A stretch of 57,835 bases of DNA, from positions 1 to 57,835 of the IMG/VR virus record IMGVR_UViG_3300037462_000280. One strand, written 5' to 3'. The position numbers were made by a program, and so were the translations under genes. This DNA comes from a virus. Its lineage: Duplodnaviria; Caudoviricetes. Positions 8,576 through 17,890 of this stretch are shown here, one piece after another; position 1 is the stretch's first letter; the number at the start of each line of letters is the position of its first letter. The notes below the pieces were generated by a model. The model was not told the DNA's origin and did not search any database. It was given only the letters and a program-made list of their open reading frames with translations.

Positions 8576-9067
8576 ATGCACAACATTCACACCCGCTTTT
8601 TGAACGAATATCACCCCTCTCAATCGCTCGAGGCCGCTATCCATAGTCAGGCGCTGTCGGTGGGAAACAAAGAAATCCGAAACAAACTTAGGCGAGACGC
8701 GGCGGAATTCAGTGCCGCAATCGAAGGGAAGCTGGCGGAATTCGCACAACGGTACGGCAACGTTGATTTGCGTGGCAGTCTGTATGAGGGAGAAGGGTTG
8801 CCCCCGACCGGCATCACCGCACAACAGATGCTCTGGAATGAGGTTGCGCGTCTTCTGTTCGAGCGTGGCGGGGAGTGGCGTCCCTACACCCAAGTGGACG
8901 CGCAAGGGGTTGTTTCCGCCCCGTTGCCGGAGCGGATGACGGTGTTTGAGTGGTATTTTGCCTACGACGTGGTAAAGGCAGTTGGTGAGGCGCTGTCGGA
9001 GATTTTCCTTTCCATCGGTCGTGACGGCGCGTTTGACGCCGAACACTATCACTGGTTGCGTTCGTAA
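8576..9067 (+). CDS. Hypothetical protein
   Basis: RBS AAAGGAGG. Confidence 0.75.
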   Translation: MHNIHTRFLNEYHPSQSLEAAIHSQALSVGNKEIRNKLRRDAAEFSAAIEGKLAEFAQRYGNVDLRGSLYEGEGLPPTGITAQQMLWNEVARLLFERGGEWRPYTQVDAQGVVSAPLPERMTVFEWYFAYDVVKAVGEALSEIFLSIGRDGAFDAEHYHWLRS

Positions 9068-9158
9068 ATAGTCGCGCCCTGTACGCCCCGCCCGACCGGC
9101 GGGGCACCGCCCCCTGACCAGATTAACCGCCCCGATTGGGGCAGAAGGAAACGACACC

Positions 9159-9836
9159 ATGACCAGCGAGAACCGCCGTGCGAATCTGATGCTAAAAAAC
9201 TATGAAGGCCAGATGCTGGCCGAGTCGATCTTCGAGGCCTGCAATCTCCGGGAGGCGAAGTTCCAAAACGCCAACTTGGAAGGCTCCAATTTTTGGCTGG
9301 CCGAATTGACGCAGGCCGACTTTCGCGGCGCCGACCTGCGCCGCGCCAACTTGGACAGTGTGAAGGCGCGTGGCGCCGATTTTCGCGGCGCCGACCTGCG
9401 AGGCGCGAACTTGTGCGGCGCGAACTTGACGGACGCCGATTTTCGCGGCGCCGACCTGCGAGGCGCCAACCTGCGCGGCGCCGAAATGCAATGCACGGAA
9501 TTTCGTGGCGCCGACCTGCGCGGCGCGCAAGTCGGGATATACGAAGACAGAGTCGGCGGTATCGCCGGTGCGCGTTTGTTCGATGGCGCTTATCTGGATG
9601 GCGCGATTGGGGCTTATCGCTCCCCAGAAAGAGGGCTGGTTCTCAGCCCTTTTATGGGGTGGGAGAGCTACAGGCCGCGAGAAGAGTACGCCTATGCCGT
9701 CCTCACTGAGGACGGGGCGCTGATGCTCCACCACGCATACAATGTGGTGGCAGAGATTCGACACGTTGAAATCGTGTCGGAATTTTATGCCGACTTTGAG
9801 CGATACGTTCAAGGTCGAATCAGCCAAAGCCGATGA
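9159..9836 (+). CDS. Pentapeptide repeat protein
   Basis: Tandem ADFRG/ADLRG/ANLRG repeats. Confidence 0.92.
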   Translation: MTSENRRANLMLKNYEGQMLAESIFEACNLREAKFQNANLEGSNFWLAELTQADFRGADLRRANLDSVKARGADFRGADLRGANLCGANLTDADFRGADLRGANLRGAEMQCTEFRGADLRGAQVGIYEDRVGGIAGARLFDGAYLDGAIGAYRSPERGLVLSPFMGWESYRPREEYAYAVLTEDGALMLHHAYNVVAEIRHVEIVSEFYADFERYVQGRISQSR

Positions 9837-9965
9837 AACGCCCCGCCCCCACCCTCGCCGGTGGGGGCACAGCCACCCTCTAACCCTCAACTGCGCCGCT
9901 CACACCCCCCCCGGTGTGGGCGGTCGGGTTGGCGATTAGACCAACTATGCCCAGAGGAGGCACAA

Positions 9966-10337
9966 GTGAAGACGAAAGCAGAGTACTTCTACACCTACTC
10001 GTACAGCAAGAAGCGCAGTAACGCAATTTACGAGTTGGTGCGTGAGCACAAGTTCAGTGGCAAAGGCCGGATGCAATTCGGGAAGTATCGCCTTGCAATC
10101 GGGCGGAAGTGGGAAGACCGTAACACGGTCTTCTTTTACGAGAAGAACGGTCGTGATTGGGTTGTTGCCGCATTCATGGAAAATGACGGGACGTTATACG
10201 GCAACGATTCGACGATGAGCATCGCGCACGGTCGCACCGAGTGGGAGAAGCCAGAGCGCCTCAAGCCGCTGGTGACGGCATTCAACGCTGAGATTGAGAC
10301 CATCCTGAAGGAGGTGCAAGATGGCAAGCAAGCGTAA
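9966..10337 (+). CDS. Hypothetical protein
   Basis: RBS GAGGAGG, GTG 9966. Confidence 0.7.
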   Translation: MKTKAEYFYTYSYSKKRSNAIYELVREHKFSGKGRMQFGKYRLAIGRKWEDRNTVFFYEKNGRDWVVAAFMENDGTLYGNDSTMSIAHGRTEWEKPERLKPLVTAFNAEIETILKEVQDGKQA

Positions 10338-10518
10338 GGGGCACAACACCGACACGGGTCGTCGGGAACTGGAGGCGATGTTTGCTCAGGCAATCGAGAA
10401 GCACCGCCGTGAGGAAAAACTGAAGCGTGACCTTCTGCATAAGCAGAAGCGTCGCAACCGCCGTGTGAGCCAACACAACCGCTGGGAGATGGATTGGGGG
10501 TTGGACGATGTTTTTTGA
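10321..10518 (+). CDS. Small basic hypothetical protein
   Basis: RBS AAGGAGGT. Confidence 0.65.
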   Translation: MASKRKGHNTDTGRRELEAMFAQAIEKHRREEKLKRDLLHKQKRRNRRVSQHNRWEMDWGLDDVF

Positions 10519-10663
10519 GATTGTCGGGTCTGCCCTGCTGGGCGGGTTGGCCTGCGGCTTGGCGGCGGGCACCTTCACTTACTGGGCACTGTCAGCCTTG
10601 ATGATGCCCGCAATTGCTAAATTCAAACCGGATGACATCGAAGGGAGTGAGCAAAATGAGTGA
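10508..10663 (+). CDS. Small membrane protein (51 aa)
   Basis: MFFEIVGSALLGGLACGLAAGTFTYWAL...; fills the operon gap. Confidence 0.55.
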   Translation: MFFEIVGSALLGGLACGLAAGTFTYWALSALMMPAIAKFKPDDIEGSEQNE

Positions 10664-11309
10664 ACCCACCGCCAACGAGCTTATCGCAATCATCACCCAC
10701 TATCGTGAGGTTTCCTCGCGGTCGTGGGCAGATGTGACACGCGCCGAAAAAGCCCTGTTTGAAGCAGGGCTTGCCAACCCTGACGCGCCGGTCTCTTTCG
10801 CTGAATACGCCGTGTGCCGTGGGGTGGCGTTGGCCGCCGATGAGCAAGTTGCTAAGGCTGAGGCGAAGCTGGCCGCCCTACTCCCCGACGCGACGCAAGC
10901 AATCATGGAAGTGGACAAGGCGCAAGCTGAGATTGACGCCCTCGAGGCGCAATTGGTGGCAAGCCGCACCCCTGAGCAAATCGAGTTGCAAGCGCGTATC
11001 GAGAGCGCGCAGGCAACCCAAGCAATCCTTGTCAAGATTGCCAAAGAGTGTGTTTTGGCCGCTGGCAAGTCGCCCTTAGGCGGGTTCAGCGTGTCCAACA
11101 ACACGACCGTGACCGCTACCGACTTGGGCAAGTTGCCCGAGGGAATGGTGACGACCACCACGACCACGACGATTGACGCAAAGAAGGCGATTGCGCTACT
11201 GAAAGACGCGCCTGAAGTTGCCAAAGAGGCGGGATTAGAGGTGGTGATTGAACCGAAGTCGGTCTCATTCACCCCCTCAAACCTGCCCTCGCGTAAGGGT
11301 AAGAAGTAA
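10656..11309 (+). CDS. Coiled-coil protein, siphovirus Gp157/Gam-like
   Basis: Long helix, then TDLGKLPEGMV...IDAKKAIALLKD..EV..AGLEV. Confidence 0.5.
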   Translation: MSEPTANELIAIITHYREVSSRSWADVTRAEKALFEAGLANPDAPVSFAEYAVCRGVALAADEQVAKAEAKLAALLPDATQAIMEVDKAQAEIDALEAQLVASRTPEQIELQARIESAQATQAILVKIAKECVLAAGKSPLGGFSVSNNTTVTATDLGKLPEGMVTTTTTTTIDAKKAIALLKDAPEVAKEAGLEVVIEPKSVSFTPSNLPSRKGKK

Positions 11310-11388
11310 GACGATAGCCGCGCCCGTTTGACTGCGGTCAAGCGGGTCGGGCTGGTGTCTTACCAGCTATGCCTAGAGGAGGCACAAC

Positions 11389-12048
11389 ATGATTATCGGG
11401 ATTGAAGGTTTGGAGAAGGCGGGCGTGACCACGTTTGCCAAGCAACTGGTTCAGACGTTGGAGGTCAATCGCATTGCGCTGGCGCGCTACTTTGACCCGC
11501 TGGCAAGCTCGTGGGTTGAAAACAGCCCTATCCGTGAGGGCTGGCGCAAGACCATCGACACCCACGACATTAACCTTTTGGCGGGGGCGCACCGCAATAC
11601 CCTCGCTGGGGCGCGGCGGTTCCTCGATTTTAACCCCAACGGCAATCACCGCATTGCGGTCATCGACCGCACTATGTACAGTTGGCTGGCGCAGTGGGGC
11701 GGTGGTGGTTCGTATAGCCCGAAAAACCTGCAATTTGACCTCATTGTGTACCTTGACACGCATGATGACATTCGGGCAGAACGTGCCGCTGCGGTCGGAG
11801 AGAAGCTGAACACCGACCGCGATACCGAGACCAGTGAGCGCTACAGTGAGTTGTTGCCCGATTGGTTTGACGGTACGTGCCACATCATTACCGGTGGCAA
11901 TCCGGTTGAAAAGCTTGTTGCCCAGTTGTGGGAACGCAAGCTACGCAAGGCGATGCAAATCCGCGAGGTGGCGCGTGCGTACAGCTTCTCAGAGAAGCCG
12001 ACCCGTATGCCACACAAGCTTAGCCAAACCAGTGAAGGGGGTGTGTAA
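11389..12048 (+). CDS. Thymidylate/dNMP kinase-like protein, degenerate P-loop
   Basis: MIIGIEGLEKAGVTT, VIDRTMYS, DLIVYLD. Confidence 0.75.
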   Translation: MIIGIEGLEKAGVTTFAKQLVQTLEVNRIALARYFDPLASSWVENSPIREGWRKTIDTHDINLLAGAHRNTLAGARRFLDFNPNGNHRIAVIDRTMYSWLAQWGGGGSYSPKNLQFDLIVYLDTHDDIRAERAAAVGEKLNTDRDTETSERYSELLPDWFDGTCHIITGGNPVEKLVAQLWERKLRKAMQIREVARAYSFSEKPTRMPHKLSQTSEGGV

Positions 12049-12356
12049 TGGACATGCCGATTGTCGTATCGACAAGTGATATTGAGGTTGCCGAGGGGTA
12101 CGTGATGAAGGGCTACGTACCGTTCGGCGCGGGGGTGACAGTGAACCCGAAGACATGCGTGGTCGTCTACCACCTGTGGTGCCCGACCCAATTCGACGGA
12201 CTGAGCCAGTCTGAAGCGCGCTTGGAATATCTTGAGGCGCAGGTTTCTGCCCACGCGGAACGGCAAGCGCGGGAGAGTAAGCTCAAGCGTGAGCAACGTG
12301 AGCGTGAGAAGGTCAAGCCGGTGTTTGTTGAGATTAAGGGGGCGCGAGATGAGTAA
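12048..12356 (+). CDS. Hypothetical protein
   Basis: Coupled TAATG start. Confidence 0.65.
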   Translation: MDMPIVVSTSDIEVAEGYVMKGYVPFGAGVTVNPKTCVVVYHLWCPTQFDGLSQSEARLEYLEAQVSAHAERQARESKLKREQREREKVKPVFVEIKGARDE

Positions 12357-12585
12357 GCGTATCACCCTGAAACTGCACGTCCCCGAAGAACACACCCGCC
12401 GCACCCGCAAGCGCCGCTGTCATTCATGCGGTGGGGACGGGTTCATCGGATACGAAGACCCCGAATACCCTCTCATGCGCTGTGGGTATTGCAACGGTAG
12501 CGGGGTGGTAAGCAAGCGCGTTGCCACCCAGCACAAGAAATCCTTGCTACGCCCACTCACGTGGGAACTCCCCTTCTACCCCTAA
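12349..12585 (+). CDS. DnaJ-type zinc-finger small protein
   Basis: CHSCGGDG...CGYCNGSG. Confidence 0.7.
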   Translation: MSKRITLKLHVPEEHTRRTRKRRCHSCGGDGFIGYEDPEYPLMRCGYCNGSGVVSKRVATQHKKSLLRPLTWELPFYP

Positions 12586-12600
12586 CCGAAAGGAACCACA

Positions 12601-13173
12601 ATGGCAATCAGCACGGAACTCAAAGCGCGCATTATCTACCTGCTCGAGGGAGGCAAAACCTACGCTGAAATCGCAGAGGCGACAGGCGTGACCCCAACGG
12701 TTATCGGTTCAATCAATCGCCGTGGGAATTACAGCCCACGCCTTGCTGGTCGGCGCAAGGTCATGCCCAGCGCAAGCGAGGCGCATGACACTGCAATCCG
12801 CCTGTACTGGAGCGGTTTCAATCACGATGAGATTCGCCGCACGACCGGCTTACACCAAAGCCACACCCTGCGCGTGATGTATCATGAGCACGGGGTTGCG
12901 AACGCGCAAGAGTATTCTGGGGGGCGCACCGCTGAACAGGCTCGGGATAAGGCGCGTGAGTTGCGCTTGGCGGCGATGGAGCTTGCACGTGAGGCGCTGG
13001 TAATGGAGCGCATTGCTGAGGTGATGGGTGCGCGGCCTGAGAGACACGCCGATACGAACGTTGTAACCCCTTGCGCGGGCTGTGGGGCACCCACCCACCC
13101 GCACAAGCCTGAAGCGCCCGCTGAGGCGCAATACTGCACGAACGTTGCTTGCGACCGCTACACCCCGTTTTAG
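12601..13173 (+). CDS. HTH protein with C-terminal Zn-ribbon
   Basis: GKTYAEIAEATGVTPTVI; CAGC...CTNVAC. Confidence 0.7.
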   Translation: MAISTELKARIIYLLEGGKTYAEIAEATGVTPTVIGSINRRGNYSPRLAGRRKVMPSASEAHDTAIRLYWSGFNHDEIRRTTGLHQSHTLRVMYHEHGVANAQEYSGGRTAEQARDKARELRLAAMELAREALVMERIAEVMGARPERHADTNVVTPCAGCGAPTHPHKPEAPAEAQYCTNVACDRYTPF

Positions 13174-13187
13174 AGAAGGAGAACACG

Positions 13188-13631
13188 ATGAACGACTACA
13201 GCAACTACTACCCAAACCCACACCGCACCCCAACGCTTGAGGCTAAGCAATTATGGAAGGCTCTGCGTGAGCGCGGGACAATTGCGGGATACACCATTAC
13301 GTATGTTGACTTCCGTCCCGACCGGTTTCTGCTGGCGGATGGCAAATGCTACGCCTACATAACTCAACGGGGCATTAGCTGGAACCCGCTCGTTATTGCA
13401 TGGGAAGACCGTGACCGCTTGACCGCCGAACTATTGAAGGCGCTTGATGCGTACCCGTCGTCTTGGGGGCGCGCTATCCGCGAGGGGCAACCCGTTCAGG
13501 CCAGTTATTTGGGAAGCCTCATCCTTGTTTGGGTGAAGACCCTACACGCCGAAGAAGGCTGGGCTGAGTGCGCCGACACATGCGGCGAAGTGCGGAATCA
13601 TTTGCTTGAAGACCTCACCCCGCTACTCTAA
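13188..13631 (+). CDS. Hypothetical protein
   Basis: RBS AAGGAG. Confidence 0.7.
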   Translation: MNDYSNYYPNPHRTPTLEAKQLWKALRERGTIAGYTITYVDFRPDRFLLADGKCYAYITQRGISWNPLVIAWEDRDRLTAELLKALDAYPSSWGRAIREGQPVQASYLGSLILVWVKTLHAEEGWAECADTCGEVRNHLLEDLTPLL

Positions 13632-13651
13632 TCACACACAAGGAGACCACG

Positions 13652-14449
13652 ATGTTAACCCCTGAAGCGGTAAATCAACTGCTTGCCCCTTTCCCATTCG
13701 GCGCGCATGAGTGGCTGAAAGGCTTTGTCTACGTAACCGAGTACGACATCACCAGACGCCTATTTGATGTTGACCCCAATTGGTGTTGGGAACTGCGAGA
13801 GTTGCGTGAGACGGTTATTGCAACCCAGACCATGTACATCGCGCACGGGCGGCTGACCATTTGCGGGGTATCCCGTGATGGCATTGGGCAAGCGGTTCAA
13901 GAGTTGACCAAAGACGGCGCACGCCCGATGGGTGAGGCTGGGAAGTCGGCCACCACCGATGCCTTCAAACGTGCAGCGCGCATGTTCGGGGTAGGCAATT
14001 ACCTACTCAACAACCCACCCGCCTGCGGTGCAAGCCCAACGCCACAGGAGCGCAAGGCGTTTGAAGCTTGGTTGCAAAAACAGGGGGGCATGACGGTTGC
14101 TGAGGTTGTGCAACACCCCGACCCAATCAACACTCAAAGCAATCCAGACGGCGGTCGTAACCGCAAATCGGTGCGTTTGCTTGGATGGGAGAAGAAAACA
14201 GGCAATAACGGCAAGCCCTACTATGTGTTTTCAGGGCATGGTCTTGACGGGGTGGTATTTTCACGTGACTTCAGACGGTTTAACCAAGCCGATTACAATA
14301 CGAGAGGCTGGGAAGAACAGCCCAACCACAAGTTCAAAATTTGGGACACAGGTTTTGACGCATCGGCAACCGTAGTTGAGATTGAAGCGGGCAAATGGGA
14401 GATTGAAAAAGTCGATTACAACCCTGCGGCGGTAGAATACAGCCCCTAA
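13652..14449 (+). CDS. Rad52/22-family (Sak-like) single-strand annealing protein
   Basis: LLAPFP, YV..ITRRLFDVDPNW, LTICGVSRDGIG, KSATTDAFKRAARMFGVGNYL. Confidence 0.88.
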   Translation: MLTPEAVNQLLAPFPFGAHEWLKGFVYVTEYDITRRLFDVDPNWCWELRELRETVIATQTMYIAHGRLTICGVSRDGIGQAVQELTKDGARPMGEAGKSATTDAFKRAARMFGVGNYLLNNPPACGASPTPQERKAFEAWLQKQGGMTVAEVVQHPDPINTQSNPDGGRNRKSVRLLGWEKKTGNNGKPYYVFSGHGLDGVVFSRDFRRFNQADYNTRGWEEQPNHKFKIWDTGFDASATVVEIEAGKWEIEKVDYNPAAVEYSP

Positions 14450-14504
14450 GCGGTTAGACTGTTCGTCTTCAGGGGTGCGGTTACACAATACCGCGCCCCG
14501 CACA

Positions 14505-14516
14505 GTGTGGTATAAT
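14505..14516 (+). promoter_or_regulatory. Extended -10 promoter GTGTGGTATAAT, preceded by hairpin 14472-14499
   Basis: Consensus TGnTATAAT in an intergenic gap. Confidence 0.65.
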
Positions 14517-14546
14517 ACAATGACATCGGACAAAAGGAGGCAAACA

Positions 14547-15362
14547 ATGGACGAGAAACTCAACGCACTGATGCTGGAATGCCTGACGCGCCATCAAGCG
14601 GTCTTGGACGCGCAAGCCGAACTGCAACGCTTGATTGATGATGTGCTGGGCAATGCATTGGCTGCGATTGAAACAGTAGACATGATGGGCATCTACCACC
14701 GATTGGCGAAGGTCGAGGCAGGGAAGATAATGGTAAAAATCGCTGAGGTACGTCTTAAGAAGGCCGAGAAGGCGCTATTCGAGGCTTACCCCGACTACGG
14801 CGTGCCCTACGCTGAGGTTGCAGCGGCTTTGCCGTTTGAACACTACCTTGCGCCCGACATGAACCCCGACCTGAACTTTGTGTGGTATCAGCCCAGCAAC
14901 AAGATGGTACGTAACTACGCCTACACGTTCGCTGGGACGGTGGAAAACTTTGTGAAGGTGGGCGTTCCTCTTGAGCAAGCGCTTGAACTCGCTGGGCAAG
15001 CGTGTGACGCATTTACGGGAGCAAACGGGTCTATGCCAGCGTATGCCTATGGGTTCCTTAAGGCAATTCAATGGCCACTTGCCGACACGGCCTATCAGTG
15101 GCTTGTCGAAAGTCATGGGGTTCCTCGCAAGGTGCGGGAGTTGCATGACCAAACGCTGGCGCTGGGGCGTGAACTGCTTGCCGCCCGTGAGGATAACCAC
15201 CAAACAACGGTTGCATGGCTTGCGGTTGTCGAGGCAGAACTCAACGGCACATCGCCTGCCACTGAATACGGGAAGCAAGCCTTTTGGAAAGGCATGAAAC
15301 TAGCCTGTGAGAGCAAGCTGCGAATCTACCGTGAGATTTACGGGATTGGGTCTGAGGAGTAA
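14547..15362 (+). CDS. Hypothetical helical protein
   Basis: RBS AAAGGAGG. Confidence 0.75.
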   Translation: MDEKLNALMLECLTRHQAVLDAQAELQRLIDDVLGNALAAIETVDMMGIYHRLAKVEAGKIMVKIAEVRLKKAEKALFEAYPDYGVPYAEVAAALPFEHYLAPDMNPDLNFVWYQPSNKMVRNYAYTFAGTVENFVKVGVPLEQALELAGQACDAFTGANGSMPAYAYGFLKAIQWPLADTAYQWLVESHGVPRKVRELHDQTLALGRELLAAREDNHQTTVAWLAVVEAELNGTSPATEYGKQAFWKGMKLACESKLRIYREIYGIGSEE

Positions 15363-15365
15363 GAC

Positions 15366-16289
15366 ATGTCTCAACAAGAAAACATCACGGAAACACAAAA
15401 AGCGATTGACCGTCTTTGGCGGCAGATAGAGGCACGACTTCAGCGATATTGGCCGGTCTACAGTCTGTCAGGCTTTCCCGATGATGAAGCGAAAACGCTC
15501 GAGGTCTTTAGGGTTGGGAAGCTCATACATCCAGCCGATGTGCATTTCAACTATGAACGACTAAGGGACATTGATGAGTACCGCAAGAGCTTGCAAATCT
15601 ACATGAGGGAATTGGATATGGGAGCGCTACTCGGTATGCGAGGTACTGACGCTAACCCAAGAGCCATGTGTATCTGGGAGTTAGAACGGCTGCACAACGC
15701 GGGGCACTCTCTCGTAGGGTATACGACGTTCACTGACCGTCCTTACCAAATCATGACGGGTGGCAATTTTGATGGGGCTGACTTGCGTGGCGTTAAGCGT
15801 GCACATTTCAAGTCATGCAGCCTTAGAGGCGCTAAGTTCAATCATTCAGTAGAGGACAATGGTTATCCGTACCCGCCCCACTTCACGTTTGAGGATTGTG
15901 ACTTGACCAACGCAAGCTTTGCAGGAGCCTTTTTGCATGTTAAAGCCTACCGATGCGACTTGACATCGGTAGACTTTAGCAACGCGACACTTCACCGCTC
16001 GTTAATCAAGGGCTGTGTGATGACAAACGTGGTACTGGATTGGACTTCCCCAACCGAAATCGGGCTATCCAACCAAGTAATCATCGGGGGCGATGTTAAT
16101 AAACCCAACCTCATTGTCTACGCCGTCTATCACCGCACTGCCTCAGGCGCACCTCGCATCATGTTCAAGCGGGGCAAGTACTGGGGTGAGGCTGAAGGAC
16201 TATTGGCAGGTCATCGTGCTGTTCGGGGGGAACTATCAGAGTTTGTGACCAAGGCAACAAAATCGCTCATCGCACGGAATGGAGGCTAA
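15366..16289 (+). CDS. Protein with central degenerate pentapeptide repeats
   Basis: GNFDGADLRG, CDLTNASFAGA, CDLTSVDFSNATL. Confidence 0.7.
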   Translation: MSQQENITETQKAIDRLWRQIEARLQRYWPVYSLSGFPDDEAKTLEVFRVGKLIHPADVHFNYERLRDIDEYRKSLQIYMRELDMGALLGMRGTDANPRAMCIWELERLHNAGHSLVGYTTFTDRPYQIMTGGNFDGADLRGVKRAHFKSCSLRGAKFNHSVEDNGYPYPPHFTFEDCDLTNASFAGAFLHVKAYRCDLTSVDFSNATLHRSLIKGCVMTNVVLDWTSPTEIGLSNQVIIGGDVNKPNLIVYAVYHRTASGAPRIMFKRGKYWGEAEGLLAGHRAVRGELSEFVTKATKSLIARNGG

Positions 16290-16292
16290 CAC

Positions 16293-16946
16293 ATGATTGT
16301 CGCATTCGAGGGGTTGCGCTACACCGGCAAAACCACCACAGCCAAGAAGCTTGTCGCGGGGCTGAACGCAATCGAAGGGGTGCGGGCGCTATACATCCAC
16401 CCGTTCGAGTTGGTTGACCGCTACTGGAACCGCCCATACCGTGACCTCATCGCTGAGACAGAGGGCGAGGCGCGGCAAAGCATGATGCTGGTGGCACACG
16501 CGCAAGCGATGCAGGTGGCTGAGCATTTTATCTCTGAACGGCCACTGAAAGTGGCCGTTATCGACCGCTCTATCTTTAGCTTCTACGCTTACGGCGGGAT
16601 GGATTGGACACCCAAACTCATGCGCTTTGACAACGTTGTGTGGATGAGTTGCTCGCCCGAAGAAAGACTGCAACGTGCAAACACAGGCGGGCGGGTGCGT
16701 GCAGCAAACGACCAAGACGGGAACTACAATGAGTTTGAAGTCGCCAAGCGATACAGCGATATGTTTCGTTGGCGTAACATCATTTACATCGGTTCCCCGT
16801 TGCTTGAACCCAAGCCCCCTTACGAGAATGCAAACCAGTGCTACGATGCTATGTTCTCTGTGCTGGCTGCAAACAACGCGATTTTAGGGTGGTCGGGCGC
16901 AAAGACCTATCCGTTACCTTTTGACCTGCCTGACGTTGAGGCGTAG
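16293..16946 (+). CDS. Thymidylate/dNMP kinase-like protein
   Basis: MIVAFEGLRYTGKTT, VIDRSIFS, CSPEERLQR. Confidence 0.82.
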   Translation: MIVAFEGLRYTGKTTTAKKLVAGLNAIEGVRALYIHPFELVDRYWNRPYRDLIAETEGEARQSMMLVAHAQAMQVAEHFISERPLKVAVIDRSIFSFYAYGGMDWTPKLMRFDNVVWMSCSPEERLQRANTGGRVRAANDQDGNYNEFEVAKRYSDMFRWRNIIYIGSPLLEPKPPYENANQCYDAMFSVLAANNAILGWSGAKTYPLPFDLPDVEA

Positions 16947-16952
16947 CAGGGG

Positions 16953-17423
16953 ATGAAGAACGTTCGCTCATTGAACTGGGTTGCCAAAGAGGCGCGACAT
17001 CGTGGCCTTAAACGCACCATGCAATGGGCACAGCTTAGGCTACACCGCTACCCCAAGCGGCTTAAGACCAGCGGCGGCTGGGGGGTGCTGCCGCAAGATG
17101 CTGAGGATGCAATACGATACCTATTCAAGGAGGCGAAGATGAAGCAATCCGCAATCGACACACAAGAGACCCCGATGGTTATGATTGAAGACGACCCCAC
17201 CCCAGTGCGCGCCACCCTGCCGACAGAGCGTGAGCCGATGACATTGGACGACCTGCGAGGGTTGCTTGAAAGCACGTCAACAGGCGTCGCGGGGGTGGTC
17301 AAAGTGACGGTCAAAAAGAGTGGCAAAGAGGTCGATTTGTCCCTCGAAATGATGGGCAATTTGCCTGACGGAACGTATACCACATTCGTGCATTTGGGTG
17401 AGTGGGAGAAGGAGAACCGCTGA
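16953..17423 (+). CDS. Hypothetical protein
   Basis: Operon position. Confidence 0.65.
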   Translation: MKNVRSLNWVAKEARHRGLKRTMQWAQLRLHRYPKRLKTSGGWGVLPQDAEDAIRYLFKEAKMKQSAIDTQETPMVMIEDDPTPVRATLPTEREPMTLDDLRGLLESTSTGVAGVVKVTVKKSGKEVDLSLEMMGNLPDGTYTTFVHLGEWEKENR

Positions 17424-17890
17424 TGATTTTCACCGAGAACCGGTATGAGCAAGTTCTGCGCGGGCAGAAGACGCAGACGCGCCGAATGATGAAAGAAATG
17501 GAGAGCGGAATACGCTATGATGGGTATTTATGCGTGCAGTACTCTAGCGGGATATGCTTGGCCTTACCAGCTTATATTGGAAAAGAGACCGTGGCATACT
17601 ACACGATATACGCGGTTTGCCATGACACAGGGCGAGTGAAGTGGGTAGTTGGTAAGACCTACGCAGTGCAGCCCAAGCGTGCGGCGAAGTCAGGCGGGCG
17701 CATCAAGATTACGCGCCTCGGTTACGAGTTGGCCGGTGACATCAGCGAAGAGGACGCGATTGCAGAAGGCTTTGAGACCCCCCAGCAATTCATCGAGTGC
17801 ATCATGCAGATTTACAACCTGACCGAAGGCGCTGCACGCAACACTTGGATGTGGGTCATCGAGTTTGAGTTGCTGGAGGTCTATGGATAA
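17423..17890 (+). CDS. ASCH-domain protein
   Basis: MIF...VLRGQKTQTRR...DISEEDAIAEGF...WVIEF. Confidence 0.85.
   Translation: MIFTENRYEQVLRGQKTQTRRMMKEMESGIRYDGYLCVQYSSGICLALPAYIGKETVAYYTIYAVCHDTGRVKWVVGKTYAVQPKRAAKSGGRIKITRLGYELAGDISEEDAIAEGFETPQQFIECIMQIYNLTEGAARNTWMWVIEFELLEVYG

Larger units (their letters stand above)
4091..11368 (+). repeat. Dispersed family of ~10 intergenic two-hairpin elements (4091, 4496, 4970, 5545, 6105, ~8080, 8483, 9065, 9881, 11315)
   Basis: Basal stem, GCG/YYR internal loop, 10-11 bp upper stem with GU pairs, then an overlapping second hairpin and the RBS. Confidence 0.8.

Noticed and set aside
9300-9530. Tandem DNA repeats
   Set aside because: Explained by pentapeptide coding
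4091-11368. CRISPR array or integron attC sites
   Set aside because: Elements are separated by whole genes, lack GTTRRRY boxes, show GU-biased pairing, and no cas or integrase gene is present
5044-17470. 18-bp identity GTTCTGCGCGGGCAGAAG at 5044 and 17453
   Set aside because: Single GC-rich match with one copy in coding sequence; chance cannot be excluded
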